In this document: one piece after another, positions 10,530-18,041 of the stretch
How the letters are laid out: the number at the start of each line of letters is the position of its first letter
Numbering within the stretch: position 1 is the first letter of the stretch
Source of the DNA: Alteromonas sp. 5E99-2
GTDB taxonomy: Bacteria; Pseudomonadota; Gammaproteobacteria; Enterobacterales; Alteromonadaceae
Direction of reading: 5' to 3'
Length of the DNA stretch: 24,000 bases
NCBI RefSeq assembly: GCF_017368475.1
Contig: NZ_JAFNJE010000011.1
Span: forward strand, 22,937-46,936
Position numbers and translations under genes: made by a program
Notes under the pieces: generated by a model
Databases searched by the model: none
What the model saw: the letters and a program-made list of their open reading frames with translations, nothing else
Told to the model about the DNA's origin: nothing

Positions 10530-11195
10530 ATGCCAAATTGGCAGGACGCACTTAAGCAAGAAAAGTCAAAAGCCTATTATCACAGTTTAATGGCTTTTGT
10601 TGCTTCGGAGCGCTCTGCTGGTAAAAAAATATACCCTCCAGATGACGATGTATTTAATGCGTTAACACTCACTCCCCTTGATAAGGTGAAGGTTGTTATC
10701 TTGGGTCAAGATCCCTACCACGGCCCAAACCAAGCCCAAGGGTTAAGCTTTTCTGTGGGTAAGGGCATTCCTCATCCTCCTTCTTTAAAAAATATGTTTA
10801 AAGAACTCGAACAGGATGATGTTGATTTTCAAACACCCGTTCACGGCGATTTAACCCCGTGGGCTAAACAAGGTGTTTTATTGTTAAACACTGTGCTTAC
10901 AGTAGAAGACAGCCAACCAAACTCTCACGCCAATAAAGGGTGGGAGGAATTCACCAACAGTATACTTGACGCAGTAAATGACCATACTAAGGGAACGGTC
11001 TTTTTACTTTGGGGTGCTCATGCTCAGAAGAAAGCCAAGCGTATTTCTAACAATACGCATTGTATTCTCAAAGGGCCACACCCGTCACCTTTATCGGCAT
11101 ACAGAGGCTTTTTTGGCTGTAAACATTTTAGCCAAACCAACGCACTATTAGCTGACCAAGGTAAGTCACCAGTAAATTGGAACTGCCTAAACTAA
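10530..11195 (+). CDS. ung: Uracil-DNA glycosylase
   Basis: 221 aa with the family-1 UDG motifs [18 protein letters not shown] and HPSPLSA. The ATG lies 2 nt after the thrC stop. Confidence 0.95.
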   Translation: MPNWQDALKQEKSKAYYHSLMAFVASERSAGKKIYPPDDDVFNALTLTPLDKVKVVILGQDPYHGPNQAQGLSFSVGKGIPHPPSLKNMFKELEQDDVDFQTPVHGDLTPWAKQGVLLLNTVLTVEDSQPNSHANKGWEEFTNSILDAVNDHTKGTVFLLWGAHAQKKAKRISNNTHCILKGPHPSPLSAYRGFFGCKHFSQTNALLADQGKSPVNWNCLN

Positions 11196-11229
11196 AAAAG
11201 GCCGCCTATAACAAAGCGACCTTTCTTTT
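11195..11229. terminator. Putative bidirectional terminator between ung and the small minus-strand gene
   Basis: An aaaggccgc / gcgaccttt stem with one mismatch and a 10-nt loop. It is flanked by an A-run on the 5' side and a T-rich run (ctttctttt) on the 3' side. Confidence 0.45.
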
Positions 11230-11404
11230 ATCGTTCAGAGACTTCGAGTTCGTACTCGTAGTCCATATCGAATTCGGCTAATTCTTTTTTTAGCTCGAAG
11301 CGATCTTTTATCGCTTCGATTTCACGCCATTTGCGTTTTTTACTTTTTGTTTTGACTGGGCGAGCTTCAATATCTAATGTTGAAAAAAGATCGGAATTAT
11401 CCAC
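11228..11404 (-). CDS. Small basic/acidic protein, DUF3545-like (58 aa); not in the ORF track
   Basis: GTG start at 11404 lies 6 nt after a perfect AAGGAG SD. Translation is VDNSDLFSTLDIEARPVKTKSKKRKWREIEAIKDRFELKKELAEFDMDYEYELEVSER*. The KRKWREIEAIKDR core resembles the DUF3545 family of gammaproteobacterial small proteins, but that match is from memory and not searched. Confidence 0.6.
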   Translation of the reverse strand: MDNSDLFSTLDIEARPVKTKSKKRKWREIEAIKDRFELKKELAEFDMDYEYELEVSER

Positions 11405-11596
11405 GTAGATCTCCTTGTTGATACCGCTTACTTCGTTGAAGTAAATTGAGAATTTTCAATTTACTTATTACTTTTTAACACAACAAAATGAAAATAACAC
11501 GAATTGGTTTACTTTTTATTAACAAATAGTGACAAGTAAATGACAATTCTAAGACTAAGGTACAGCGAGGAGAGTGGAGGTTGAGCAATTTTTGAG

Positions 11597-11630
11597 ACGC
11601 TAAGTAACTTAATTTAACGAAACTTAGCGC
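11597..11630 (-). terminator. Hairpin just downstream of pgi, a weak terminator candidate
   Basis: An 8-bp cgctaagt / acttagcg stem (11598-11605 / 11622-11629), 13-45 nt past the pgi stop. It has no U-tract on either strand. Confidence 0.3.
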
Positions 11631-11642
11631 CTAACACAGCCC

Positions 11643-13283
11643 TTAAAGTGGGTTTGCGTCTTGAAATTGCTTTATTAACGAGGAAGTTGATGTATCGAAT
11701 GTTGAAAGTGGCGTATCGCCATTCAAACCATCTAATACTCGACTGCCTAGTACTTTACCTAACTCAACGCCCCATTGGTCGAAAGAGTTAAGCCCCCAAA
11801 CAACACCTTGAACAAATACCTTATGCTCATACATTGCAATTAGTGCGCCCAAAATTTTAGGAGTGAGTGCATTGAAGGTAATTGTTGTGCTGGGTTTGTT
11901 GCCCGGCATGGTTTTATGTTGCGCTAATTCTTTTTGTTCAGATGCAGAAAGTCCTTTATTTTCAAGGTCTTTATAACATTCTTCGAATGACTTACCTTGC
12001 ATTAATGCTTGGGCTTGACCGAAACAATTTGATGCCAACATAGCGTGGTGTTGGTGGTTAGTATTCTGCGCAGTTAACGGAAATATAAAGTCGATAGGCA
12101 TGCAACCTGCACCTTGGTGGATCAATTGGTGAAAGCTGTGCTGCCCATTTGTGCCTTCACTTCCCCAAATTATTGGCCCCGTTGGATAGTCTACTCTTTG
12201 CCCTGTAATATCGACTTGCTTGCCGTTACTTTCCATGTCCAATTGTTGAACATAGGCTGGCAGGCCGCGTAAATAATGGTAATAAGGCAGTAACACCTGA
12301 GATTGCGCATCAAAAAAGTGTCTGTACCATATTCCTAGGCCGGCCAAAATCATGGGGAGGTTTTGGTCTGCCGGAGCATTTAAGAAATGGGTGTCCATTT
12401 CAAATGCACCTTCTAATAGGGCGTCGAAATGCTCAAAGCCCAGCGCAAGTGCTATGGGTAGGCCGATAGCCGACCATAGTGAGTAACGCCCGCCAACCCA
12501 ATCCCACATAGGGAAAATGTTGTCAGCATCGATACCAAATTCTACTGCGGCCTCAACGTTGGAAGATATGGCGATAAAATGCAAAGAAACATCATTTTGA
12601 TTTCCTCCACTTTTAATAAACCAGTCTTTTGCAGTTAAAGTGTTTTGCAGTGTTTCTTGAGTAGAAAACGATTTTGATGACATCACGACAAGGGTTTCTT
12701 CGTGATCTAAGGTATCGAGTACATCGTGAATATGACAGCCATCGACATTGGCAACGAAATGCACTTTTACGGCATCAGTTTGATAGGGCTTAAGTGCTTC
12801 AGTCATAATTTTGGGCCCTAAAAAAGAGCCGCCAATGCCAATTGCAACAATATGCTTAATGGGTTTTCCTGTGTAACCTTTATGACTGCCAGTATGTATA
12901 CTTTCAACAAAGTCTTTCATTTTTGCTAACGTATCACGAACGTCTGGCATAATATCTTTGCCATCTACATAAATGGGATCTGCACCTTTGTTACGCAATG
13001 CTGTATGCAGCACAGCTCGGCCTTCGGTAGTGTTAATCACCTCGCCTTGAAACATTGCATTGCGCTTTTCTTCTACGTTTGACTGTTGAAACAAAGACGT
13101 TAGTGCGCCAAACACTTCATCATCGATAATGTTTTTAGAAAAATCGATGTTCAAGCCAGATGCAGACACCTTATAGCGCTGAGCTCTTTCGGGATCAGCT
13201 ACAAACATGTCGCGCATGTGAGATGATTTAATTGCGTTTGCTTTTGCGGTTAACGTTTCCCAAATAGGTAAATCGGTAAGCAT
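11643..13283 (-). CDS. pgi: Glucose-6-phosphate isomerase
   Basis: 546 aa, collinear with E. coli Pgi (GIGGS, FWDWVGGRYSLWSAIGL, MESNGK, GTNGQHSFHQLIHQG). Its ATG overlaps the tal stop (TAATG). Confidence 0.95.
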   Translation of the reverse strand: MLTDLPIWETLTAKANAIKSSHMRDMFVADPERAQRYKVSASGLNIDFSKNIIDDEVFGALTSLFQQSNVEEKRNAMFQGEVINTTEGRAVLHTALRNKGADPIYVDGKDIMPDVRDTLAKMKDFVESIHTGSHKGYTGKPIKHIVAIGIGGSFLGPKIMTEALKPYQTDAVKVHFVANVDGCHIHDVLDTLDHEETLVVMSSKSFSTQETLQNTLTAKDWFIKSGGNQNDVSLHFIAISSNVEAAVEFGIDADNIFPMWDWVGGRYSLWSAIGLPIALALGFEHFDALLEGAFEMDTHFLNAPADQNLPMILAGLGIWYRHFFDAQSQVLLPYYHYLRGLPAYVQQLDMESNGKQVDITGQRVDYPTGPIIWGSEGTNGQHSFHQLIHQGAGCMPIDFIFPLTAQNTNHQHHAMLASNCFGQAQALMQGKSFEECYKDLENKGLSASEQKELAQHKTMPGNKPSTTITFNALTPKILGALIAMYEHKVFVQGVVWGLNSFDQWGVELGKVLGSRVLDGLNGDTPLSTFDTSTSSLIKQFQDANPL

Positions 13284-14236
13284 TATAATAAGTCCTTTAG
13301 TTGAACTTCTAATTTGCCTTGGTCGATAGCAAAGTTGCGTATGCCTTCTGCTAATTTCTCTGTGGCCATAGCGTCTTCATTCATATCCCAACGAAATTCC
13401 GTCTCAGTGAGTGGGGCTGGAGCGGCTTCTTGTGCTCCATTGTCCACCAATTGCGTGGTTAAAGGCTCATTGAGGTTGGCTAACTCTTCTAGCAATTGCG
13501 GACTGATTGTAAGTCTATCGCACCCAGCTAACGCTTGAATTTCGCCTACATTTCTAAAACTTGCACCCATAACAACTGTGCTATACCCGTGAGTTTTGTA
13601 GTAATCGTAAATTTTAGTGACTGAAATAACACCAGGATCTTCCAAGGAAGCGTAGCTTTCAGTACCCGTTTTCGCCTTGTACCAATCTAGAATACGTCCA
13701 ACGAAAGGAGAAATAAGATACACACCTGCTTCAGCGCAGGCCCTTGCTTGAGCAAAACTAAACAACAAAGTGAGGTTACAATTAATGCCTTCTTGTTCTA
13801 ATTTTTCAGCGGCTTTAATTCCTTCCCAAGTAGAGGCTATTTTGATTAGGATACGAGACTTTTCGATACCCGCATCGGCGTATAACTGTATTAGTCTATG
13901 AGCTTTGTCTATTGTCGCTTGAGTGTTATAAGAAAGCCTTGCGTCAACTTCTGTTGATATACGTCCAGGAATAAGTGCACTGATTTCTTTACCAATCAAT
14001 ACGGCTAACATGTCACTGGCATCTTCAATTTGCGTTGCAGTGTCGTTTGATTGTTGCTTCGCCCAAACAATAGACTGCTCGATAAGATTTTTGTATTGAG
14101 GTAACGCTGCTGCTTTTAATAGTAATGAAGGGTTTGTTGTGGCATCTACGGGTTCATATTTTTTAATCGCTTCAATATCGCCAGTATCGGCAACGACTGT
14201 GGTAACTTGTTTTAGTGCGTCTAATTGGTGCGCCAT
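13283..14236 (-). CDS. talB: Transaldolase (TalB type)
   Basis: 317 aa, with N-terminus [35 protein letters not shown] and an active-site region [12 protein letters not shown]. Confidence 0.95.
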   Translation of the reverse strand: MAHQLDALKQVTTVVADTGDIEAIKKYEPVDATTNPSLLLKAAALPQYKNLIEQSIVWAKQQSNDTATQIEDASDMLAVLIGKEISALIPGRISTEVDARLSYNTQATIDKAHRLIQLYADAGIEKSRILIKIASTWEGIKAAEKLEQEGINCNLTLLFSFAQARACAEAGVYLISPFVGRILDWYKAKTGTESYASLEDPGVISVTKIYDYYKTHGYSTVVMGASFRNVGEIQALAGCDRLTISPQLLEELANLNEPLTTQLVDNGAQEAAPAPLTETEFRWDMNEDAMATEKLAEGIRNFAIDQGKLEVQLKDLL

Positions 14237-14307
14237 AAAATACTCTCTAACTCAATTCAAAAAAAAATACAGCCAAACCATTTGGTCTAAACTGTTTTGA
14301 TACTGTG

Positions 14308-14316
14308 ATGGTATAC
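14308..14316 (+). promoter_or_regulatory. Possible extended -10 promoter for yaaA (TGgTATACT)
   Basis: tggtatact lies 33 nt upstream of the yaaA ATG, with a ggaag SD in between. No good -35 is present. This is a pattern match only. Confidence 0.3.
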
Positions 14317-14348
14317 TCTCTTACTAATAAAAACCACTGGAAGCCTTT

Positions 14349-15128
14349 ATGATCATTGTAGTATCGCCAGCAAAAAACTTGGATGTAGAGACCCAAATTC
14401 CTACAGATAACTTTTCTCAGCCCGTTTTGCTCGACAAAGCCAGTCGCTTAGCAGAGCGTTGCAAGGATTTGTCTCCTGCTGATTTGAGCTCTTTGATGTC
14501 GATTAGTGACAAGCTTGCCATATTAAATGCTGAACGCTTTAACAGTTTTACGACCCCTTTTAATAAAGATAATGCCCGTCAAGCCATGTATATTTTTAAT
14601 GGCGATGTTTACACAGGGCTTGACGCTTATACGTTAACGGAACAAGACGTTGAGTTTGCACAAGGGCATTTGCGCATTTTATCTGGGCTGTATGGTGTAT
14701 TACGTCCTCTGGATCTCATGCAGGCTTATCGATTAGAAATGGGCACTAAACTCGATACGGATAGCGGCAAGAATCTGTACGAATATTGGGGGGACACAGT
14801 TGCTGAAACATTGAATGTGTCTGCTGAAGAAAGTGGTTCAACAACACTGATCAATTTAGCTTCTAATGAATATTTTAAAGCGGTTAAAAAACAGGTTTAT
14901 AAAGGGAATATCATCACGCCAGTTTTTAAAGACTGTAAAAATGGCACTTATAAAGTGATTAGCTTTTATGCCAAAAAAGCTCGAGGCTTGATGGCGCGTT
15001 ACATTATTCAAAATAGGCTAACCCAAGCTGAAGACATTAAAGGGTTTACCGAAGCGGGTTACTATTACGATGAACAATCTAGTACGGCTGCTGCGCCGGT
15101 TTTTTTAAGAGATGAAAACGGGCAGTAA
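14349..15128 (+). CDS. yaaA: Peroxide stress protein YaaA (UPF0246)
   Basis: 259 aa, with MIIVVSPAKNLD at the N-terminus and later LRILSGLYGVLRPLD..YRLEMG and ISFYAKKARGLMARY, all typical of YaaA. In E. coli yaaA also lies between thrC and talB. Confidence 0.9.
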   Translation: MIIVVSPAKNLDVETQIPTDNFSQPVLLDKASRLAERCKDLSPADLSSLMSISDKLAILNAERFNSFTTPFNKDNARQAMYIFNGDVYTGLDAYTLTEQDVEFAQGHLRILSGLYGVLRPLDLMQAYRLEMGTKLDTDSGKNLYEYWGDTVAETLNVSAEESGSTTLINLASNEYFKAVKKQVYKGNIITPVFKDCKNGTYKVISFYAKKARGLMARYIIQNRLTQAEDIKGFTEAGYYYDEQSSTAAAPVFLRDENGQ

Positions 15129-15193
15129 AGAGTAATTAGAAAGGAAGTACATTGGCTGGATAAACTTAGACTTAACGTACTATTTCATACTCT

Positions 15194-15907
15194 TTAAAGT
15201 AGATGTAGCTGTATTGCTTTTACTGCGGCTGCAGCCTTGTTTGTGACATCTAACTTTGTGATTAAATTTGCGATGTGAAAATTTACGGTGCGCTTGCTGA
15301 TACTAAGTATTAATGCTGTTTCGTCGGAGGTTTTGCCGTCACAGCACCATTTCAGTATTTCAGTTTCTCTGGGAGTTAGTTTTATTACACAGTGTTTATC
15401 GATTTTTGGAAGCTGTATTTCGGTATAGGCAGCCTGAAAGGTGCTACTTAAGAGCAATAGGTGACAAGAGTGAAAAGGTGAAATTGCTGATTTGTCATTG
15501 CGAGATATGGTTAGCATACCTGTTGTATTGGGCTTAAGGTTAGCTGATTGAGCCCAGCCAGATTGTAGGCCAAAAGATTGGGCGTCTTCCCAAAATGCTT
15601 TTTGTTTTCCAGTTTGTTTAGGAGTCCAAGCAAAAGGGAGCGATGTATTTAAGCCATGCTTTACAGTTGGATCAATATTTATATAGTTACTATCAATGTA
15701 TTTTGATTGCCAAGCTTTTGGATAGTTGTTTTTCAAAATAAATGTCGGTTTGCTTACAGGGTGAGCTAATTGAACTCCATACGCCCAGTAATTAAATTCT
15801 AAGTATTCTGTGGCTGAACGTAAATGTTTGAATAAATCAATGTCATTTGATGAATGGGATAGCTCTTGAATGATTTGAAAAAATAAAGCCGAGATATGTA
15901 CATCCAT
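15194..15907 (-). CDS. LuxR-family AHL-responsive transcriptional regulator (autoinducer-binding domain plus GerE-type HTH)
   Basis: 237 aa. NNYPKAWQSKYIDSNYINIDPTV aligns with V. fischeri LuxR TNYPEAWVSYYQAKNFLAIDPVL. The conserved ligand-pocket residues (W, Y, D-P, W in FAW, G in FGLQSGW) are all present. The C-terminal LTPRETEILKWCCDGKTSDETALILSISKRTVNFHIANLITKL is the HTH. A ggaag SD precedes the ATG. Confidence 0.9.
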   Translation of the reverse strand: MDVHISALFFQIIQELSHSSNDIDLFKHLRSATEYLEFNYWAYGVQLAHPVSKPTFILKNNYPKAWQSKYIDSNYINIDPTVKHGLNTSLPFAWTPKQTGKQKAFWEDAQSFGLQSGWAQSANLKPNTTGMLTISRNDKSAISPFHSCHLLLLSSTFQAAYTEIQLPKIDKHCVIKLTPRETEILKWCCDGKTSDETALILSISKRTVNFHIANLITKLDVTNKAAAAVKAIQLHLL

Positions 15908-16197
15908 AATACTTCCGTTCTTTATAATGTTAATTTGAATTTTTTAGTCAAATTTAATGAGAGAATTACGGGCCATGTAGCTAAGAAATCCAGTTTAAAT
16001 TTCGAGAATTAAAAGTTTTATATCAATTAGGGGGGATGTTGATAAGTGTGAGTAAGACCAAAGAATCTATTTATGGGATAGTCTACTATTTGCAAATTTA
16101 TACATACTCGATGAGCTAAAATAAACGTTATCATCCATCCAATATACCGCTAAACGAGAAAGTTATAATTTAGTGTTAACAACAAACACTTTTTTAA

Positions 16198-16217
16198 ACC
16201 TGTTATTTTTAGCAGGA
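16198..16217 (+). promoter_or_regulatory. lux-box-like palindrome 1 (ACCTGTTATTTTTAGCAGGA)
   Basis: It has the CTG-N10-CAG core and an ACCTGT left arm identical to the V. fischeri lux box ACCTGTAGGATCGTACAGGT. It lies 32 nt upstream of where the LuxI-homologous frame opens, and shares 15/20 positions with box 2. Confidence 0.45.
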
Positions 16218-16248
16218 GCAATATTTCACCTTAAACCTTTACAACTAA

Positions 16249-16614
16249 TCCTCATTATTAGATGGTTTTGACGCTCCGAAGTCAGAAGATGTCTGGGAAC
16301 TTTCTCGGTTTACAAGTATGAACCTTCAAGACGAGTATTGCGATGGAAGTGGGCAGTTAACTGGGCAAGTTACTGAGGAATTGCTTAGAGAATCATTTTG
16401 TATAGCGCAGAAATATGGAGCCAAAGCCATTGTAAGTGTTTCTTCAGTAGGAATTGAACGTTTGTTAAGGTCTATGGGTATACAGAGTAATCGGTTAGGG
16501 ACTCCGATGCGGCTTAATGGGTATGTTCTCGTCGCGTGTTATGTTGACCTTAATGTCTTAGGCGTTGTCTTACCACTACATCCGATTTTTTATTGTAGTT
16601 ATATGAATTATTAG
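16249..16614 (+). pseudogene. 5'-truncated LuxI-family acyl-homoserine-lactone synthase remnant
   Basis: The frame is open from 16249 and reads SSLLDGFDAPKSEDVWELSRFTS...TEELLRESFCIAQKYGAKAIVSVSSVGIERLLRSMGIQSNRLGTPMRLNGYVLVACYVDL. This is collinear with LuxI/LasI from the LL-G--AP----WELSRF motif to the C-terminus. The ~80-90 N-terminal residues carrying the conserved R/F/W/E/D/D positions are missing. The first canonical start (ATG 16318) comes after the ELSRF motif and has no SD. Confidence 0.8.
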
Positions 16615-16633
16615 CCTGTTATTTGTGTCAGGT
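16614..16633 (+). promoter_or_regulatory. lux-box-like palindrome 2 (GCCTGTTATTTGTGTCAGGT), with a TATAAA -10 at 16653-16658
   Basis: It has the CTG-N10-CAG core, with arms CCTGT / CAGGT matching the V. fischeri lux box. Nineteen nt separate the box from the TATAAA hexamer, placing the box centre about 41-42 nt upstream of the predicted start site. The classical position is near -42.5. Confidence 0.5.
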
Positions 16634-16805
16634 TTTTTCGTTTTGCGTTTGTTATAAACTAACTTTACGCTGGAAACCCTAGTCTCAACATTTGTGTCCA
16701 TTTAATTCGGTACGAGGCAAACTGTAATAATGGTCTGAATTTTCGGCATGCTGTTTGCTCGATTTAAGTATCAGTAAAAATAAGCGGCTATATAAGGAAG
16801 TAATA

Positions 16806-16892
16806 ATGACTATTAATGGTTTTAGTACAGCTAATGTATCAATCTATTGTAAACAAAAAATTTTAGCGCCTTATTTTGAGAGTGCGTTATGA
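16806..16892 (+). CDS. 28-codon upstream ORF, translationally coupled to the 313-aa ORF
   Basis: AAGGAAG SD at 16794-16800, 5 nt before the ATG. Translation is MTINGFSTANVSIYCKQKILAPYFESAL*. Its TGA overlaps the next ATG (ATGA at 16889-16892). No homology is recognised and coding status is unproven. Confidence 0.3.
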   Translation: MTINGFSTANVSIYCKQKILAPYFESAL

Positions 16893-17830
16893 TTACATTT
16901 GCGAAAATTCCAATAGGTACGTTGTATAATTCGCTGCCGAATAAGTCTAATCAGGATTTAGATCGCTCCGATAATAATATCGAAACTCAGGATCAAAGTG
17001 CGGGCGAAGTTTTATCTGATAAATCTATTGATACCGTTTCTATTTCTAGTGCAGGACAAGCTTCGTCAAACAGTGCTCTTGTCAGCAGTTCTACACAATA
17101 TTATGAGCAATTTATGCCTACGTACGATGGTTTTTCGGCAAAAAATATTGCTAGCGGTGTATCTGAACCGGGAATAGAAAGTTTCTCTGCAGGTAAAAAT
17201 TTCGAACAAGTCGCTATTGATGCTCGGGCCAGTTTAGATAAAAATTATGACCGACTTGAAGAAATTGGCAAGCCGTATAGCGTTAATTCATCGAAAACCA
17301 TAGACAGGAATTCTTTGATTGGTGAACTTGACCGAAGGGCTTTATACGCTGTCGCTAGTAATGAGGGCGGTTTATTCACAAAAAATGAGCAGGATGTTGC
17401 GCTTAGTAAGATGCGACAACAGCAGAGTTTGGCAATGGGGTTATATAGTGGGCCAACAAGTGAAAAAGATAAGTTCATTACCACGTTTGGAAATTTTTCC
17501 CAAAAGTTTAAATTAGGGATCGAATTTCTTGATGGGGTTAGCAAAGAAGAGCAAGCTGGCTCTATTGAATTTGCGTTTCAACGAGCGAGTTTACAACGTT
17601 CGTATGAGAACTCAGTTAGAGAAAATGGAGAAATTCCAGAGGATTTCAGTACAGACAACTCTTTAGTTAGGTTACTTTTCGATGCGTTGAAATTAGCTGA
17701 AACAGAGCTTGAAAGTAGTCAAACATTTGGCAACATCACTGATGCCGATGATTTGTTAAGGCAACCTTGGTTTGAAATTTATGCTGAAAGTCTTGAGAAG
17801 ACAAGAGGACAGTATTTAGGCGATAGTTGA
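16889..17830 (+). CDS. Hypothetical protein, no recognisable family (313 aa)
   Basis: A long clean ORF with no signal peptide or TM segment seen. It has a Ser-rich low-complexity N-terminal third (DTVSISSAGQASSNSALVSSS) and an acidic, probably helical C-terminal part. It lies downstream of lux-box 2. Confidence 0.6.
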   Translation: MITFAKIPIGTLYNSLPNKSNQDLDRSDNNIETQDQSAGEVLSDKSIDTVSISSAGQASSNSALVSSSTQYYEQFMPTYDGFSAKNIASGVSEPGIESFSAGKNFEQVAIDARASLDKNYDRLEEIGKPYSVNSSKTIDRNSLIGELDRRALYAVASNEGGLFTKNEQDVALSKMRQQQSLAMGLYSGPTSEKDKFITTFGNFSQKFKLGIEFLDGVSKEEQAGSIEFAFQRASLQRSYENSVRENGEIPEDFSTDNSLVRLLFDALKLAETELESSQTFGNITDADDLLRQPWFEIYAESLEKTRGQYLGDS

Positions 17831-17840
17831 TTTAATTAAG

Positions 17841-18017
17841 TCAACCTTAATCCTGTTTAAGAAAGGACGCTCAATAGTGCTAGAATTGCGAATTACTGCG
17901 TTGTAAAAACCAACAATAGAATAGCTATTACATGACTTTTATGCCTTGAACTTCACAATTCTAACAGCGTCGAGTGTTAAGATTAAAATTAGTCCTTTCA
18001 CACAAACACTTGCACCA
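17841..18017. repeat. Intergenic repeat copy A (55-nt core interrupted by ~84-nt and ~38-nt blocks)
   Basis: Core segments 17841-17875, 17960-17965 and 18004-18017 align end to end with copy B at 22106-22160; the first 35 nt match at 32/35. Removing 17876-17959 and 17966-18003 restores exact collinearity (55+84+38 = 177 nt). Confidence 0.65.
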
Positions 18018-18041
18018 ACTAAATAGTAATGGTCTTGAATA

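Noticed and set aside
15126-15196. 9-bp inverted repeat taaagagta / tactcttta spanning the yaaA and luxR stop codons
   Set aside because: The 53-nt loop and AT-rich stem make a stable terminator unlikely. I noted it but do not call it a feature.
15921-15956. Possible luxR promoter (TTGACT, 19 nt, TATAAA on the minus strand)
   Set aside because: The predicted start would fall on or after the SD, leaving essentially no leader, and the spacing is long, so it is not convincing enough to annotate.
15985-16248. Possible in-frame, stop-riddled N-terminal half of luxI (six stops, no frameshift)
   Set aside because: The length fits a full luxI, and a few residues (FRE..V...LGG......ES.Y) can be forced onto the LuxI N-terminus. 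But the conserved R/F/W/E/D/D residues are not there, and a lux-box-like site sits inside the stretch. I cannot support homology from sequence reading alone. I keep it only as one of two scenarios in the finding.
16262-16321. 19-codon ORF (MVLTLRSQKMSGNFLGLQV) just downstream of lux-box 1
   Set aside because: It is out of frame with the LuxI homology, has no SD and resembles nothing known. It is most likely fortuitous.
16318-16614. 98-aa ORF treated as an independent gene
   Set aside because: It is the tail of the LuxI-homologous frame, which is open from 16249. The ATG follows the catalytic ELSRF motif and has no SD, so I call it part of a pseudogene.
16613-16638. Box 2 read as a rho-independent terminator of the luxI remnant
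   Set aside because: The stem is only 4 Watson-Crick pairs (6 counting a G-U and an A-U) with a 10-nt loop, which is weak despite the following T-run. The near-identity to box 1, which has no T-run, favours a protein-binding site. The terminator reading is not fully excluded.
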